Below are positions 25,553-37,217 of a stretch of 64,000 nt of DNA, piece by piece. The stretch comes from Thermodesulfobacteriota bacterium (GTDB lineage: Bacteria; Desulfobacterota_D; UBA1144; Nemesobacterales; Mycalebacteriaceae). The first letter of the stretch is position 1. Every line of letters starts with the position of its first letter. Position numbers and translations under genes: made by a program. The stretch is from the NCBI GenBank assembly GCA_965198945.1, contig CBDAQI010000001.1:320001-384000 (forward strand), given 5' to 3'. A model generated the notes under the pieces. That model did no database searches. It saw only the letters and a program-made list of their open reading frames with translations, and was not told the origin of the DNA.

Positions 25553-26290
25553 TCAATAATCAACCTTTTCCAAAAACAGCCCCTGCGGCGGGGCGGCTAT
25601 TACATCGCGGGTTTTTTCACCGGTTTTTATTATTTCTCCAAAACCTTCAACACTTAACCTTCCCTTTCCCACGCGCACAATGGTTCCGACAATCAGCCTG
25701 ACCATTCTTTTCAGAAAACCGTCCGCTTCAATTGAGAAAATTATAAAATCACCGCCCGTTTTTATTTCCGCCGAAAACACCGTCCTCACGGTTGTTTTCA
25801 CTTTGGCATCCGCATTTGCAAATACGGCAAAATCGTGTTCTCCCACAATAAAAGGGCACACCGCGCTCATTGAATACTTGTCCAGTTTGTCGGGTATAAA
25901 CCAGCAGGTTCTTCTTTCCAAAGCGGGCGGGGAAGGGCGGTTAAGTATTCTATAAAAATATGTTTTTTTCTTTGAAGAAACACGCGAATGAAAATCTTCC
26001 GGAACTTCCCCGGCGGATATTACCGTTATGTCCCGCGGCAGTTCGGAGTTCAGCGCTTTGCGGAGTTTGTCAGTTTTCATGGAAGAGGCGGTGAGGAAAT
26101 TGGCAACCTGCCCTATGGCATGAACGCCCGCATCCGTTCTTCCCGAACCGTGAACGGCCGTTTTTTCGCCCGTGATTTTTAGGAGGGAGTTTTCTATTTT
26201 TTCCTGAATCGTGTTTTCCGAGTTTTTCTGTCTCTGCCAACCGCTGTAATTCGCGCCCTCGTATTCAACTGTTATTTTTATGTTTCTCAA
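25553..26290 (-). CDS. truA: tRNA pseudouridine(38-40) synthase
   Basis: YEG..Y.GWQRQ, GSGRTDAGVHA, G.HDF, GFL..MVR, APP.GL.L. Confidence 0.97.
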   Translation of the reverse strand: MRNIKITVEYEGANYSGWQRQKNSENTIQEKIENSLLKITGEKTAVHGSGRTDAGVHAIGQVANFLTASSMKTDKLRKALNSELPRDITVISAGEVPEDFHSRVSSKKKTYFYRILNRPSPPALERRTCWFIPDKLDKYSMSAVCPFIVGEHDFAVFANADAKVKTTVRTVFSAEIKTGGDFIIFSIEADGFLKRMVRLIVGTIVRVGKGRLSVEGFGEIIKTGEKTRDVIAAPPQGLFLEKVDY

Positions 26291-29211
26291 CCTTTCTTTC
26301 TTATGTAAAAGGTGCGGACGCTTTTGAGGTTTTTCAGGTCTTTTGCGGTTATTGTCAGCTTATTCATGCCGTCTTCAAGTGGAAGATTAAATGTGAAACT
26401 CTGCTTTTTCCCCTCGGAATTAATTACATGTATTTTGTCGTTGTTATTGAAAAATGAGATGTTCACAATCGGCTCCGCATCCTCAACCGAACCGCTTATT
26501 TCTATTTCTTCACTGTCGGTCAGCACAACGGGTGAATCAAGTTTTATTACCGGCGCGCTTACAAGCGCATATTGAAAATCAGGACTCGCTTTGCCTCTTT
26601 GCGGAGAGGTTTTGTCTGTCTCCACCCACCCGCTTTTGTTTTTGGCGAGTCTCACCTTTGACCACTCGCCCGCTTTGCCCAGAAGCCTGTATGAAGACCC
26701 CGCCCGTCCGACTGATATTTCCTGTGCGTCTTCAAAACCGCCTCCCAGAAAGGCGGCGTTTGCATTTAGCTCCACGACACCTCTTTCAGAAGAAAACTCC
26801 GCCGGTTCGCGGAACGGAATTTTTATATCGTATTTTGAAGAAAACCCGATTTCAAAATCGTTGGAATTAAGTTCAAATTCCGCTCCTTCCGGGTCTTTGT
26901 CCTCTCCCCAGTCATTTTCCACACGAAATCTCATAACCACATCGCGTGATTCTCCCGACTTGAATTTTCCAATTTCCTCTATGGCTTTTTCAAGAAACAG
27001 TTTTTTGCCGGATTTGTTTCTTAAATAAATTCCAAGATCTTCGGAGTCTCCCTCACCGGTGTTTTTTATCCTGAAAAGAAGCGTTATGGTTTCGTTTTTA
27101 CCAATTCTTCCGTCTCCGTTGCCCTTTGAGCCCAATCTTCCGTCATCAACTATTTCATAGTTATAGCTTATTGACGGACGTTTTTTTCCTTCGGTGCCGA
27201 CCGTAAAGGATTTTGAAAAAACCTCTTTTCCCGAAAAATCAAAAAACCTGACAACGCATTCGTCATTCCTTGTCCGGGCGTTTTTCGGGATTTTCAGACC
27301 GGCTTTCCAACTTGCTTTTTTACCGGGGGCTATTTTCCCGAAAACAAATTCCCTGTTGTCCAGAACGGGATTGTCCGAATCCGTCACCGCCGTGAGTTTG
27401 TAGACAGGTTTTTCTCCGATGTTTTTAACACTGATTTTTATTTCAACCTCTTCGCCGACTTTGAAAACACCCTTGTCAGGAGTGATTCCCACGGTAAGTT
27501 CCGGCTCTCCGCTCCGCACATTTTTATCATTTTCAGACCAGTCTATTTTGAATTGTGCGAGTTTTTCTCTTATGCGCTTATTTTCTTCCTCGTCTATTTC
27601 GCTGAGAACTGAATCGGCATTTTGAAGCAGGTCGCTTCCGTATAGACCGTTTGATCCGAGAATTATTCGCCGTGCCGCCACCACCAGCGGGTCAGTTTCT
27701 TTCTTTTTCCTTTTTTCCGCTTTGCTGAGAGGCGGAGGAATTTCATCTTCCTCTTTTTCGTCTTCCTTTCCTATGAGAGATTCATTCAGAATTTTGAAGG
27801 TGTGTGAAGGCGGCTCCGGTTCACGGGCATCTTTTTCATCTTCTCTTTCTTCCCTGTATTTTTCAAGAAAGAACGCAAATTCAGGGGTTTTGTAAATCAC
27901 CTTGTCTTTGTCAAAATCAACCTCCTCAATAAATATGTCCGGTGTTATTCCAACCTTGTGTATGGACACATCTCCGGGAATTAGGTAGTTGGCTATTGTC
28001 AGTTTGAGGGCGGAGCCGTCTCCAAGCTCAAAAATGTCCTGAACAGAGCCCTTGCCGAAAGTGGTTCTTCCCATTGTCAGAGCCCTGTCATTTTCCTTCA
28101 GCGCCCCCGTTACGATTTCAGATGCGCTTGCGGAGCCCGAATTTATTAAAACAACGGTTTTTTCAAACAGTTCAAAACGGTTTTTTGCGGAGGCCGTGTG
28201 GGTTGTGATGTTATCACCGCTTTTTATACTGAAGACCGTTCCGTTTTTCAGGAAAAGGTCGGAGATTTGCGCCGCCTGATTCAGAAGACCTCCCGGGTTG
28301 TCTCTGAAATCAATAATTATTCCGGTGAGTTTATCCTTGTTTTTGTATTTGGACAGGGCTTCAATGATGCTGTCGGTTGTGTTTCTCTGAAAGTTTTTAA
28401 TTTTGATGTAAAGGATGCCGTCCTCGAAAAGATAGTCTTCAACGCTTTCTATTTTTATCACGTCTCTCACTATTGTGAGGGGTTTGGGTTTGCTCATTGA
28501 GTCTCTGAGAATTCTTATGTTTACGGGCTTGCCTTTCGGTCCCCTGAGCCTGTTAACGGCTTCAAGAATTGACATATTGACAGTGGATTCGTTTTCTATC
28601 TGGACGATTTTGTCACCGGCTTTCATCCCGGCTCTGTAGGCGGGAGTGTCTTCAATGGGAGACACGACGGTAATCCAGCCCTTGCGTGTGCTGATAACAA
28701 TTCCGAGCCCCGTAAAACTGCCTTCAGTTTCAACTATGAACTCTTCATAGTCCCGAGGGGGGATTATGCGCGAATGCCTGTCCAGAGTTGACAGCATTCC
28801 GTTCACCATTGTGTATTCTATTTTCTGCTGATTTTTTTCATCCGGGTCAGTGTTCATCCGGACAAAGGAGAGCGCTTCTGTTGATATTTTCTCAAGTTCT
28901 TTCCATGTCTCCGGTTCTTCGTATTGGAAACTTTTTTTATTCTCTCCGACAACCAGTTCAAATGCCCCGTCTTTTTCTCCCCATTTGACAAGTATCTCAT
29001 CTATGTTGGTTTCAAGATTATCCAGCCCCTTTTTGAGCATTTCCGGAAAATCAGCCGCAGATTTGCGAACGAAATTCTCCCTTACAATATCAAAAACCTC
29101 TGCCATAATTTTCGGGGAGTTTTGCTCAGCACCGGCGGTGAAAATGGCGGTGGCGGCGCACAGAATTGCGGTGCAGACCGCAAAAGCGATATGTCTTGTA
29201 AATTTGTTCAA
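26287..29211 (-). CDS. Carboxyl-terminal (S41) protease with PDZ domain and long C-terminal extension
   Basis: Signal peptide, LDRHS, GLGI (PDZ), DFRDNPGGLL, SASASEI, TFGKGSVQ, GITPD. Confidence 0.92.
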   Translation of the reverse strand: MNKFTRHIAFAVCTAILCAATAIFTAGAEQNSPKIMAEVFDIVRENFVRKSAADFPEMLKKGLDNLETNIDEILVKWGEKDGAFELVVGENKKSFQYEEPETWKELEKISTEALSFVRMNTDPDEKNQQKIEYTMVNGMLSTLDRHSRIIPPRDYEEFIVETEGSFTGLGIVISTRKGWITVVSPIEDTPAYRAGMKAGDKIVQIENESTVNMSILEAVNRLRGPKGKPVNIRILRDSMSKPKPLTIVRDVIKIESVEDYLFEDGILYIKIKNFQRNTTDSIIEALSKYKNKDKLTGIIIDFRDNPGGLLNQAAQISDLFLKNGTVFSIKSGDNITTHTASAKNRFELFEKTVVLINSGSASASEIVTGALKENDRALTMGRTTFGKGSVQDIFELGDGSALKLTIANYLIPGDVSIHKVGITPDIFIEEVDFDKDKVIYKTPEFAFFLEKYREEREDEKDAREPEPPSHTFKILNESLIGKEDEKEEDEIPPPLSKAEKRKKKETDPLVVAARRIILGSNGLYGSDLLQNADSVLSEIDEEENKRIREKLAQFKIDWSENDKNVRSGEPELTVGITPDKGVFKVGEEVEIKISVKNIGEKPVYKLTAVTDSDNPVLDNREFVFGKIAPGKKASWKAGLKIPKNARTRNDECVVRFFDFSGKEVFSKSFTVGTEGKKRPSISYNYEIVDDGRLGSKGNGDGRIGKNETITLLFRIKNTGEGDSEDLGIYLRNKSGKKLFLEKAIEEIGKFKSGESRDVVMRFRVENDWGEDKDPEGAEFELNSNDFEIGFSSKYDIKIPFREPAEFSSERGVVELNANAAFLGGGFEDAQEISVGRAGSSYRLLGKAGEWSKVRLAKNKSGWVETDKTSPQRGKASPDFQYALVSAPVIKLDSPVVLTDSEEIEISGSVEDAEPIVNISFFNNNDKIHVINSEGKKQSFTFNLPLEDGMNKLTITAKDLKNLKSVRTFYIRKKG

Positions 29212-29343
29212 CCTGAACCCTCGTGCGGAAAGCTGTATACTATCACAGACTGATTTTTTTTCAGATTTTTCGGCGACAGTAACGGTGATGAAAATTCTTA
29301 TTGACTGCGCAGACTTGCCCCTGAAGTCCGGAGACAGCCGCCG

Positions 29344-31032
29344 ATGAGGCGCTTAAGAGTGGCGCTTTGTCAGACCAACTCCAGAGTCGGAGACATCAGG
29401 CGCAATGTTTCGGTGATTAAGCGCGGCGCAAAAAAGGCTTTTGCGCGCGGGGCGGACATAGTCTGTTTCCCGGAACTTGCCGTTTGCGGATACCCCCCGG
29501 AAGATCTGCTTCTCAAACCCGGGTTTGTGGACAAAAACATCCGGGGGCTTGAAGAAATAACAAAATCCGCCTTGCCCATTACCGTAATTGCCGGTTTTGT
29601 TGAAAGGCGGGGTTCAATATACAACTCCGCGGCCGTCATATCCGGCGGCCGGATTGCCGGAATACACAGAAAAAACCTGCTTCCAAACTACGGTGTTTTT
29701 GATGAAAACCGCTACTTTGAACCCGGCGGCAAAGCGTCTGTTTTTACATGCGGCGGTCTCGGAATCGGAGTTAACATCTGCGAGGACATCTGGTTTGCCG
29801 ACGGTCCCGCGAGCAGGCAGGCTCGGAGCGGAGCGGATTTGATTATCAATATCTCCGCTTCCCCTTATTCAATGGGCAAACCCGCGGCAAGAGAAAAAAT
29901 GCTGTCCGAAAGGGCAAGAGATGCGGGCACGGCGCTTGCTTTCTGCAATATGACCGGCGGACAGGATGAGCTTGTTTTTGACGGGCACAGCGCTTTTTTT
30001 GACCCTGAAGGGGCCGTGATTTCAAGGGCCCGGGGTTTTCGGGAAGATTTGATTTTTGCCGACTTTGAACTGCCGGCAAGACAGAGTTCGCGGCGGCGCG
30101 GCGAGTATGTAATCAAATCTCCGCCGAAAAAGAAAAAGCCGGAACTCCGTCCGGTGATTGCAGATTTTGCCGACACAAAAGACGAAATATTTTCCGCTCT
30201 TGTTCTCGGCACTCGTGACTATGCGGAGAAAAACGGTTTCAAATCTGTGGTTTTAGGGCTTTCGGGCGGGATAGACTCCGCGCTTGTCGCAGCGGTGGCG
30301 GTTGAGGCGTTTGGTCCAGAAAGAGTGGCTGCTCTCAACATGCCGACGGCCTTCAGCTCCAAATCGGGCATTAGAGACGCTAAAACCATTGCGCGTAATC
30401 TTAACATTGAAATGTGCCCGGTCCCGATACAAAGCATTTTTTCCACTTACAAAAAAGCCGTGCCCGCGCCGTTTGAGCTTCAGGGGGATGAAACATCAAA
30501 CATCGCCCTTGAGAACATTCAGGCGCGTATCAGGGGCAACATACTCATGGCTTTTTCCAATCGTTTCGGCTGTCTTGTTCTTACAACCGGCAACAAAAGC
30601 GAGCTTAGTGTCGGATACTCAACCCTTTACGGAGACACCGCGGGAGGGTTTGCCGTTATAAAAGATGTAAAGAAAACCCTTGTGCGGGAACTTTCTCTGC
30701 ATTACAACAAAATGCGGGGCTTTGAAGCCATTCCCTCGTCCATTGTTGAAAAGCCCCCCTCCGCCGAACTCAGAAAAGACCAGCGCGACTCCGACAGTCT
30801 GCCCCCGTATCAGGTTCTGGACGAAATTCTCAAACACTATGTTGAGCGAGACAAAAGTGTCGCGGAAACCGTCACCCTCTCAGGCGCGCCGGAGAAAACC
30901 GTGCGCAGAATAATTGATTTGGTTGACCGCAACGAATACAAAAGAAGACAGACGCCTCCCGGAGTGAGGTTGACGGACAAGGCTTTTGGTAAAGACCGCC
31001 GCATGCCCATAACGAATTTTTTCCGCAATTAG
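29344..31032 (+). CDS. nadE: Glutamine-dependent NAD+ synthetase
   Basis: Nitrilase domain (FPEL, K.LLPNY.VFDE, ICED) plus GLSGGIDS, ENIQARIRG, TGNKSE, PPSAEL. Confidence 0.97.
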   Translation: MRRLRVALCQTNSRVGDIRRNVSVIKRGAKKAFARGADIVCFPELAVCGYPPEDLLLKPGFVDKNIRGLEEITKSALPITVIAGFVERRGSIYNSAAVISGGRIAGIHRKNLLPNYGVFDENRYFEPGGKASVFTCGGLGIGVNICEDIWFADGPASRQARSGADLIINISASPYSMGKPAAREKMLSERARDAGTALAFCNMTGGQDELVFDGHSAFFDPEGAVISRARGFREDLIFADFELPARQSSRRRGEYVIKSPPKKKKPELRPVIADFADTKDEIFSALVLGTRDYAEKNGFKSVVLGLSGGIDSALVAAVAVEAFGPERVAALNMPTAFSSKSGIRDAKTIARNLNIEMCPVPIQSIFSTYKKAVPAPFELQGDETSNIALENIQARIRGNILMAFSNRFGCLVLTTGNKSELSVGYSTLYGDTAGGFAVIKDVKKTLVRELSLHYNKMRGFEAIPSSIVEKPPSAELRKDQRDSDSLPPYQVLDEILKHYVERDKSVAETVTLSGAPEKTVRRIIDLVDRNEYKRRQTPPGVRLTDKAFGKDRRMPITNFFRN

Positions 31033-31151
31033 GACGCCGTTCTTTTTGAAACAAAGGTGTTTTCCCGTTATTCTGTCCGAGCCGACAGAAGACCATTTTT
31101 ACTGTTCCGGCACCGTGTTTTTCGGGTTTTTTCTCTGAAAAAGGTTGTTTT

Positions 31152-34100
31152 ATGAGTTTTTCTCTTGAAAAACAAGGTCTTTATGACCCCGTTTCCGAGC
31201 ATGACTCCTGCGGAGTGGGCTTTGTCGTCAACATGAAAGGCGTAAAGTCTCACTCCATTATTACCGATGCGCTTACGGTTCTTGAAAATCTTGAGCACCG
31301 CGGCGCCTGCGGATGTGAGCCTGAGACCGGAGACGGAGCCGGAATTCTATTCCAGATCCCGCACCGTTTTTTCAGCCGCGTGTGTTCGGAAAAAGGCGCC
31401 GCGCTTCCCCCCGGGGGAGACTACGGTGTCTGCATGATGTTTGCGCCCAAAGATAAAAAAAATCGTTCGCGGATTTTGAAGGAGTTTGAAAAAATTGTTG
31501 AAGAAGAGGGGCACACTGTTCTCTGCGTGCGTCCCGTGCCGACGGACAACTCTTTGCTTGGCACAACTTCAAAGGGCTGCGAGCCGTCCGTGTATCAGAT
31601 TTTCATAGCGCGCGCCTCATGCGCCGCGGGAGCCGATTTTGAGAGGTCGCTTTTTGTGATAAGGAAGCGGGCCGAGAGGCTTATTTCCTCCGAGCAGTTT
31701 TATGTGTCAAGCCTTTCGTCAAAAACCGTTGTTTACAAGGGAATGCTCACAACTTCGCAACTTTCCGCATATTACCCGGATCTTTCCGGCCAAGACATGG
31801 AAAGCGCCATAGCGCTTGTGCATTCGCGTTTCAGCACAAACACGACTCCGAGCTGGAACAGGGCTCATCCATACCGTTTTGTGGTTCATAACGGTGAGAT
31901 AAACACACTGCGGGGCAATATCAACTGGATGCATTCAAGACAGCCCATGCTCGGCCTCTCCGGCAGCCACTTCAGCGGCCGCCCGGAGAAAATTTTCCCC
32001 TTCATAGAGGACGGAGGAAGCGACAGCATGGCTTTTGACAACTGTCTTGAACTTCTCACTCTTTGCGGTTTTCCGATTGAGCACGCGGTCATGATGATGG
32101 TTCCCGAGCCGTGGCTCAAACACAAGCATATGGACGAATCCAAAAAGGCTTTTTATCGTTATCACGGATGCTTGATGGAGCCATGGGACGGCCCTGCTTC
32201 CATCTGTTTTACGGACGGTGAAAAGGTGGGTGCCGTGCTGGACAGAAACGGTCTCCGCCCCAGCAGATACTACGTTACAAGCGATGACAACGTGATACTT
32301 TCCTCCGAAGTCGGCGTGCTTCCGGTGCCTACCGATAAGGTTCTGTCAAAAGGAAGGCTGCAGCCCGGCAGAATGCTTCTTGTAGACACGCACGAAGGCA
32401 GAATCGTGGGGGACGAAGAGATTAAGCGCGGTCTCTCGGACGCTGCGCCTTATAAGGAGTGGACTGAGAAATATATGGCCACTCTGGACGATTTCAAAAA
32501 GCCGCGCGCGGGCGACTCCGGTTTCTCCGGTGGGGAAATCGTCGTTCAGCAGAAAATTTTCGGATATACATTTGAGGAAATAAGGCTTCTGCTCGGACCG
32601 ATGGCGGCAAGCGGCGTTGAAACCGTCGGTGCGATGGGGCGCGACACACCTCTCGCGGTTCTTTCAAACAAGCCCAAGCTTCTATACAACTACTTCAACC
32701 AGATGTTCGCCCAGGTTACAAATCCGCCCATAGACTCAATCCGCGAAGAGATTGTAACCGCTTCAAATATGAACCTCGGACCGATGGGAAACATATTCAA
32801 GCCCGACCCGCAAAGTTGCAGAGTCATACAGATTGACACCCCCCGTTCTCTCAAATGGCGACATGGCAAAACTGAAGAATCTCAAAGGCAAACATTTCAA
32901 ATCCGCCGTTCTTCAAATTTTCTTTGACCCCGAAGGAGGGGGCGGGTCTCTTGAGTCCGCGCTTGAGGATATGTTCGCACAAGCGGAAGACGCGATGGAA
33001 AAAGGGGCGAATCTGCTGATACTTTCAGACAGGGGAGTGGGCGAAGGCAAGTGTCCGATTCCGGCTCTTCTTGCCACCTCGGGGCTGCACCATCATCTGA
33101 TACGCTGCGGAAAACGCATGAAGGCAAGCATAATAGTTGAATCCGGAGAGCCGCGTGAGGTTCATCATTTTGCGCTTCTCATAGGCTTCGGCGCTTCGGC
33201 GATAAACCCTTATCTCGCATTTGAAACAATAAGAAACATGAGAGAAAACGGCGACCTCAATACGGAGCTTGAGGACGCTTTGTCCAACTACGCGACCGGA
33301 CTTTCAAAAGGTGTTGTCAAAATCATGTCAAAAATGGGCATATCAACGGTTCAGAGCTACCACGGCGCACAGATTTTTGAGGCTCTGGGTCTTTCAGAGG
33401 ATTTTGTGGAAAAGTATTTCACCCGGACGCAGTCGCGCATTGGGGGAATAGGAACTGATGTGGTCGCCGAAGAAGCCGTGCGCAGATACCGGGAGGCTTT
33501 TCCGCATAGAGGCGAGACTTCGCAAACGCTTGAAGAGGGTGGTGTTTATCAGTGGCGCAAAGACGGCGAGGCGCATATGTATTCCCCTCAAACAGTGCAT
33601 GCGCTCCAGAGAGCCTGTCGCACAGGCGATTTTGAAACTTTTGAGCGTTTCTCGGAAATGGTTGGCAATGAAGAGCGCAGCCTGTTCACGCTCAGGGGCA
33701 TGCTTGACTTCAAGTTTGACAAAAAACCCCTTCCCCTTGACGAAGTTGAGCCTGAGTCTGAAATACTCAAGAGGTTTAAAACGGGAGCAATGTCATATGG
33801 GGCAATAAGCGCCGAGGCGCATGAAAGTCTTGCGGTGGCTATGAACAGAATAGGGGGGAAGAGCAACACCGGAGAGGGAGGGGAAGACAAAAGCAGGTGG
33901 GTTCCCGATAAGAACGGCGACTTGAAAAGAAGCTCCATAAAGCAGGTGGCGTCCGGAAGGTTCGGGGTTACCGGAGAGTATCTGGCCAATTCGGGATGAA
34001 ATACAGATAAAAATGGCTCAGGGCGCAAAGCCCGGAGAGGGCGGGCAGCTTCCGGGCAAAAAGGTCTATCCCTGGATAGCGAAAGTGCGGCTTTCCACAC

Positions 34101-35731
34101 CCGGTGTGGGTCTCATATCCCCTCCGCCCCACCACGACATCTACTCCATTGAGGACCTTGCGGAGCTGATATACGACCTTAAAAACTCAAACCCCGGAGC
34201 GAAAATCAATGTGAAACTTGTTTCCGAGGCGGGCGTGGGCACCATCGCCGCGGGCGTGGCAAAAGGGCACGCGGATGTAATCCTTATCAGCGGCAATGAC
34301 GGCGGAACCGGCGCTTCGCCCCAAAACAGCATTCAGTATGCCGGTCTGCCATGGGAGCTGGGCATCAGTGAAACCCACCAGACACTTCTTTTGAACAACC
34401 TGCGCAGCCGCGTCATCCTTGAGACGGACGGGCAGATGAAAACCGGCAGGGATGTCGTCATCGCGGCTCTTCTGGGAGCCGAGGAATACGGTTTTTCAAC
34501 CGCTCCGCTTATAGCGCTCGGTTGTGTGATGATGAGGGTTTGCCATCTGGACACCTGCCCCGTCGGTGTGGCGACGCAGAATCCCGAGTTGCGTAAAAAA
34601 TTTACCGGAGAGCCCGAGCATGCGGTCAATTTTATGACTTTTGTCGCCCGCCAGGCCCGCCAGATCATGGCAAAACTGGGTTTTCGCACCGTTAACGAGA
34701 TGATAGGCAGAACGGACAAGCTCATAGCCGTCAAACCCGAAGGGCACTGGAAGGCGGAGGGAGTTAACCTGGACGCCGTTCTTTATTCGCCAGATGTTCC
34801 TAATGATTACGGAAGATACCACACCGTGGATCAGGACCACGGCATAGTTGATTCTCTGGATATGAAAGAGCTGCTCGGCATTTGCGCCCCGGCGATAGAA
34901 AATCGTGAAAAAGTGGAGGCGGAGATTGCAATAAAAAACACCGACCGCGCGGTCGGGACGATTGTGGGAAACAAAATATCCGCCGTTTATGGATCGTCAG
35001 TCCTTGAAGAAGACACAATCAAACTTCACTTCCGCGGTTCGGCGGGTCAGAGTTTTGCGGCTTTTGTTCCGCGCGGAATGACGATGATTCTTGAAGGAGA
35101 CTCAAACGACTATGTCGGAAAGGGGCTTTCCGGGGGAAAAATCGCCATATACCCTCCGGAAGAGTCAAGGTTTGCGGCTGAAGAAAACATAATAATCGGC
35201 AATGTCGCCTTCTATGGAGCGACTGCGGGAGAGGCGTATATACGCGGGGTCGCCGGTGAGAGGTTCTGCGTCAGAAACAGCGGTGTGAACGCCGTGGTTG
35301 AAGGTGTCGGAGACCACGGCTGTGAATATATGACCGGGGGGCGTGTTGCCGTTCTGGGGCCTGCGGGAAGGAACTTTGCCGCGGGCATGTCGGGCGGAGT
35401 CGCATTTGTGTTTGATGACGAAGGGGATTTTGAGGAGAAAAACTGTAATACGGACGCGGTGTCAGTCGAAGGTCTTGATTCGGACGATGAGGCGGAACTG
35501 AAAAAAATGATTATGCGGCATTTGCAATATACGGGCAGCAAGGTCGCTGAAAGGATTTTGAGCGACTGGGAATCTTCCCTCGGCGGTTTTGTGAAGGTAA
35601 TGCCGAACGACTACAAAAGGATGCTTGAGGCGATAGGCAGTGTTGAAAAAAGGGGTCTCAGCGGAGATGAGGCGCTTATGACGGCGTTTGAAGAAAACAT
35701 CAAGGACTCTGCGCGCGTGGGCGGAAATTAG
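31152..35731 (+). CDS. gltB: Glutamate synthase large subunit, interrupted by two +1 frameshifts
   Basis: [36 protein letters not shown]. Removing one C from C6 (32839-32844) and one G from G3 (33993-33995) restores one ORF. Confidence 0.95.
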
Positions 35732-37216
35732 ATGGGTAAAATTACGGGATTTATGGATTATGACAGGCGGCTCGGCAAAGACCGGTCTCCTTCTGAGAGA
35801 ATCAAAGACTGGAAGGAGTTTCACGGTCATCTTTCCGAAAAAGATCTCGGTCTTCAGGGTGCAAGGTGCATGGATTGCGGAGTTCCGTTCTGTCAAACGG
35901 GAGAGCTTCTTGCGGGAATGGCGACCGGATGTCCGGTTCACAATCTGATTCCCGAATGGAATGACCTGATTTACAAAGGGCGGTGGCGTGAGGCGCTTGA
36001 AAGACTTCATAAGACAAACAACTTTCCCGAATTTACCGGAAGAGTATGTCCCGCGCCGTGCGAGGGTTCCTGCGTTCTTGGAATCAACGAGCCGCCGGTG
36101 GCTATCAAATCAATAGAATGCGCCATAGTTGAAAAGGGTTTTGAGGAGGGCTGGGTAGTTCCGGAACCTCCCCCGAAGAGGACGGGAAAAAAAATCGCCG
36201 TTGTCGGTTCGGGCCCGGCGGGGCTTGCGTGTGCGGCACAGCTCAACAGAGCCGGGCACAGTGTTATTGTCTATGAAAGGGATGACCGCATTGGCGGTTT
36301 GCTGATGTATGGAATTCCCAATCCGCATCTTGACAAAGCCGTTGTTGACAGACGGGTGGATGTTTTAAGAAGAGAAGGAATTGAGTTTGTCGTGAGCACG
36401 GAGGTCGGCAAAGACATCGCGCCCGAAGAGGTCCTGGATTCAAATGATGCGGTTGTTCTCTGTTGCGGGGCGACTCTGCCGAGAGACCTGGATGTTCCGG
36501 GAAGGGAGAGCGGCGGAGTGCATTTTGCGATGGATTTTCTCAGAGAAAACACTAAAAAGCTGCTTGACAGCGGCTTCAGGCAGACCGGAGCCGTATCGGC
36601 GAAAGACAAGGATGTCATCGTTCTCGGAGGCGGAGATACGGGAACCGACTGTGTGGCAACCGCAATGAGGCACGGATGCAGAAGTCTTTTGCAGTTTGAA
36701 ATTCTTCCCCGCCCGCCGGAAGAAAGACAGGGCGCCAATCCGTGGCCCCAGTGGCCGGTTGTCTACAAACTGGACTACGGGCAGGAGGAAGCTATGGCCG
36801 TGTTTGGTGATGACCCGCGCATGTATCAAACTCTTACGAAGAGCATTGAGAGCGATGAGAATGGTGATGTCAAAGGTCTTAAAACCGTGCTTATTGAGTG
36901 GAAAAAGGGCAAAGACGGCCGAATGGTTTTTGAAGAAAAACCCGGAAGTGAGGAGCTCCGGCCCGCACAGCTTGTTCTTCTGGCTCTGGGATTTCTCGGT
37001 CCTGAGCAGGGAATCATAGACAAAATGGGTCTTGACAAAGACGCTCGTTCAAACATCAAGGCGGAATACGGCAAATATCAGACCAGCGTTGAAAAGGTTT
37101 TTGCCGCGGGAGACGCAAGAAGGGGTCAGAGCCTTGTGGTATGGGCCATAAACGAGGGGCGGGAAGCCGCAAGAGAGTGCGACCGTTGGCTTATGGGCTC
37201 AACCGAACTTCCCTGA
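35732..37216 (+). CDS. gltD: Glutamate synthase small subunit
   Basis: RCMDCGVPFC, GRVCPAPCE, GSGPAG, GGGDTG.DC, RRGQSLVVWAI. Confidence 0.97.
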   Translation: MGKITGFMDYDRRLGKDRSPSERIKDWKEFHGHLSEKDLGLQGARCMDCGVPFCQTGELLAGMATGCPVHNLIPEWNDLIYKGRWREALERLHKTNNFPEFTGRVCPAPCEGSCVLGINEPPVAIKSIECAIVEKGFEEGWVVPEPPPKRTGKKIAVVGSGPAGLACAAQLNRAGHSVIVYERDDRIGGLLMYGIPNPHLDKAVVDRRVDVLRREGIEFVVSTEVGKDIAPEEVLDSNDAVVLCCGATLPRDLDVPGRESGGVHFAMDFLRENTKKLLDSGFRQTGAVSAKDKDVIVLGGGDTGTDCVATAMRHGCRSLLQFEILPRPPEERQGANPWPQWPVVYKLDYGQEEAMAVFGDDPRMYQTLTKSIESDENGDVKGLKTVLIEWKKGKDGRMVFEEKPGSEELRPAQLVLLALGFLGPEQGIIDKMGLDKDARSNIKAEYGKYQTSVEKVFAAGDARRGQSLVVWAINEGREAARECDRWLMGSTELP

Positions 37217-37217
37217 C

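Noticed and set aside
25291..25563. 90-aa minus-strand ORF after truA, possible mobile-element remnant
   Set aside because: No recognisable motif, terminal repeats or target duplication.
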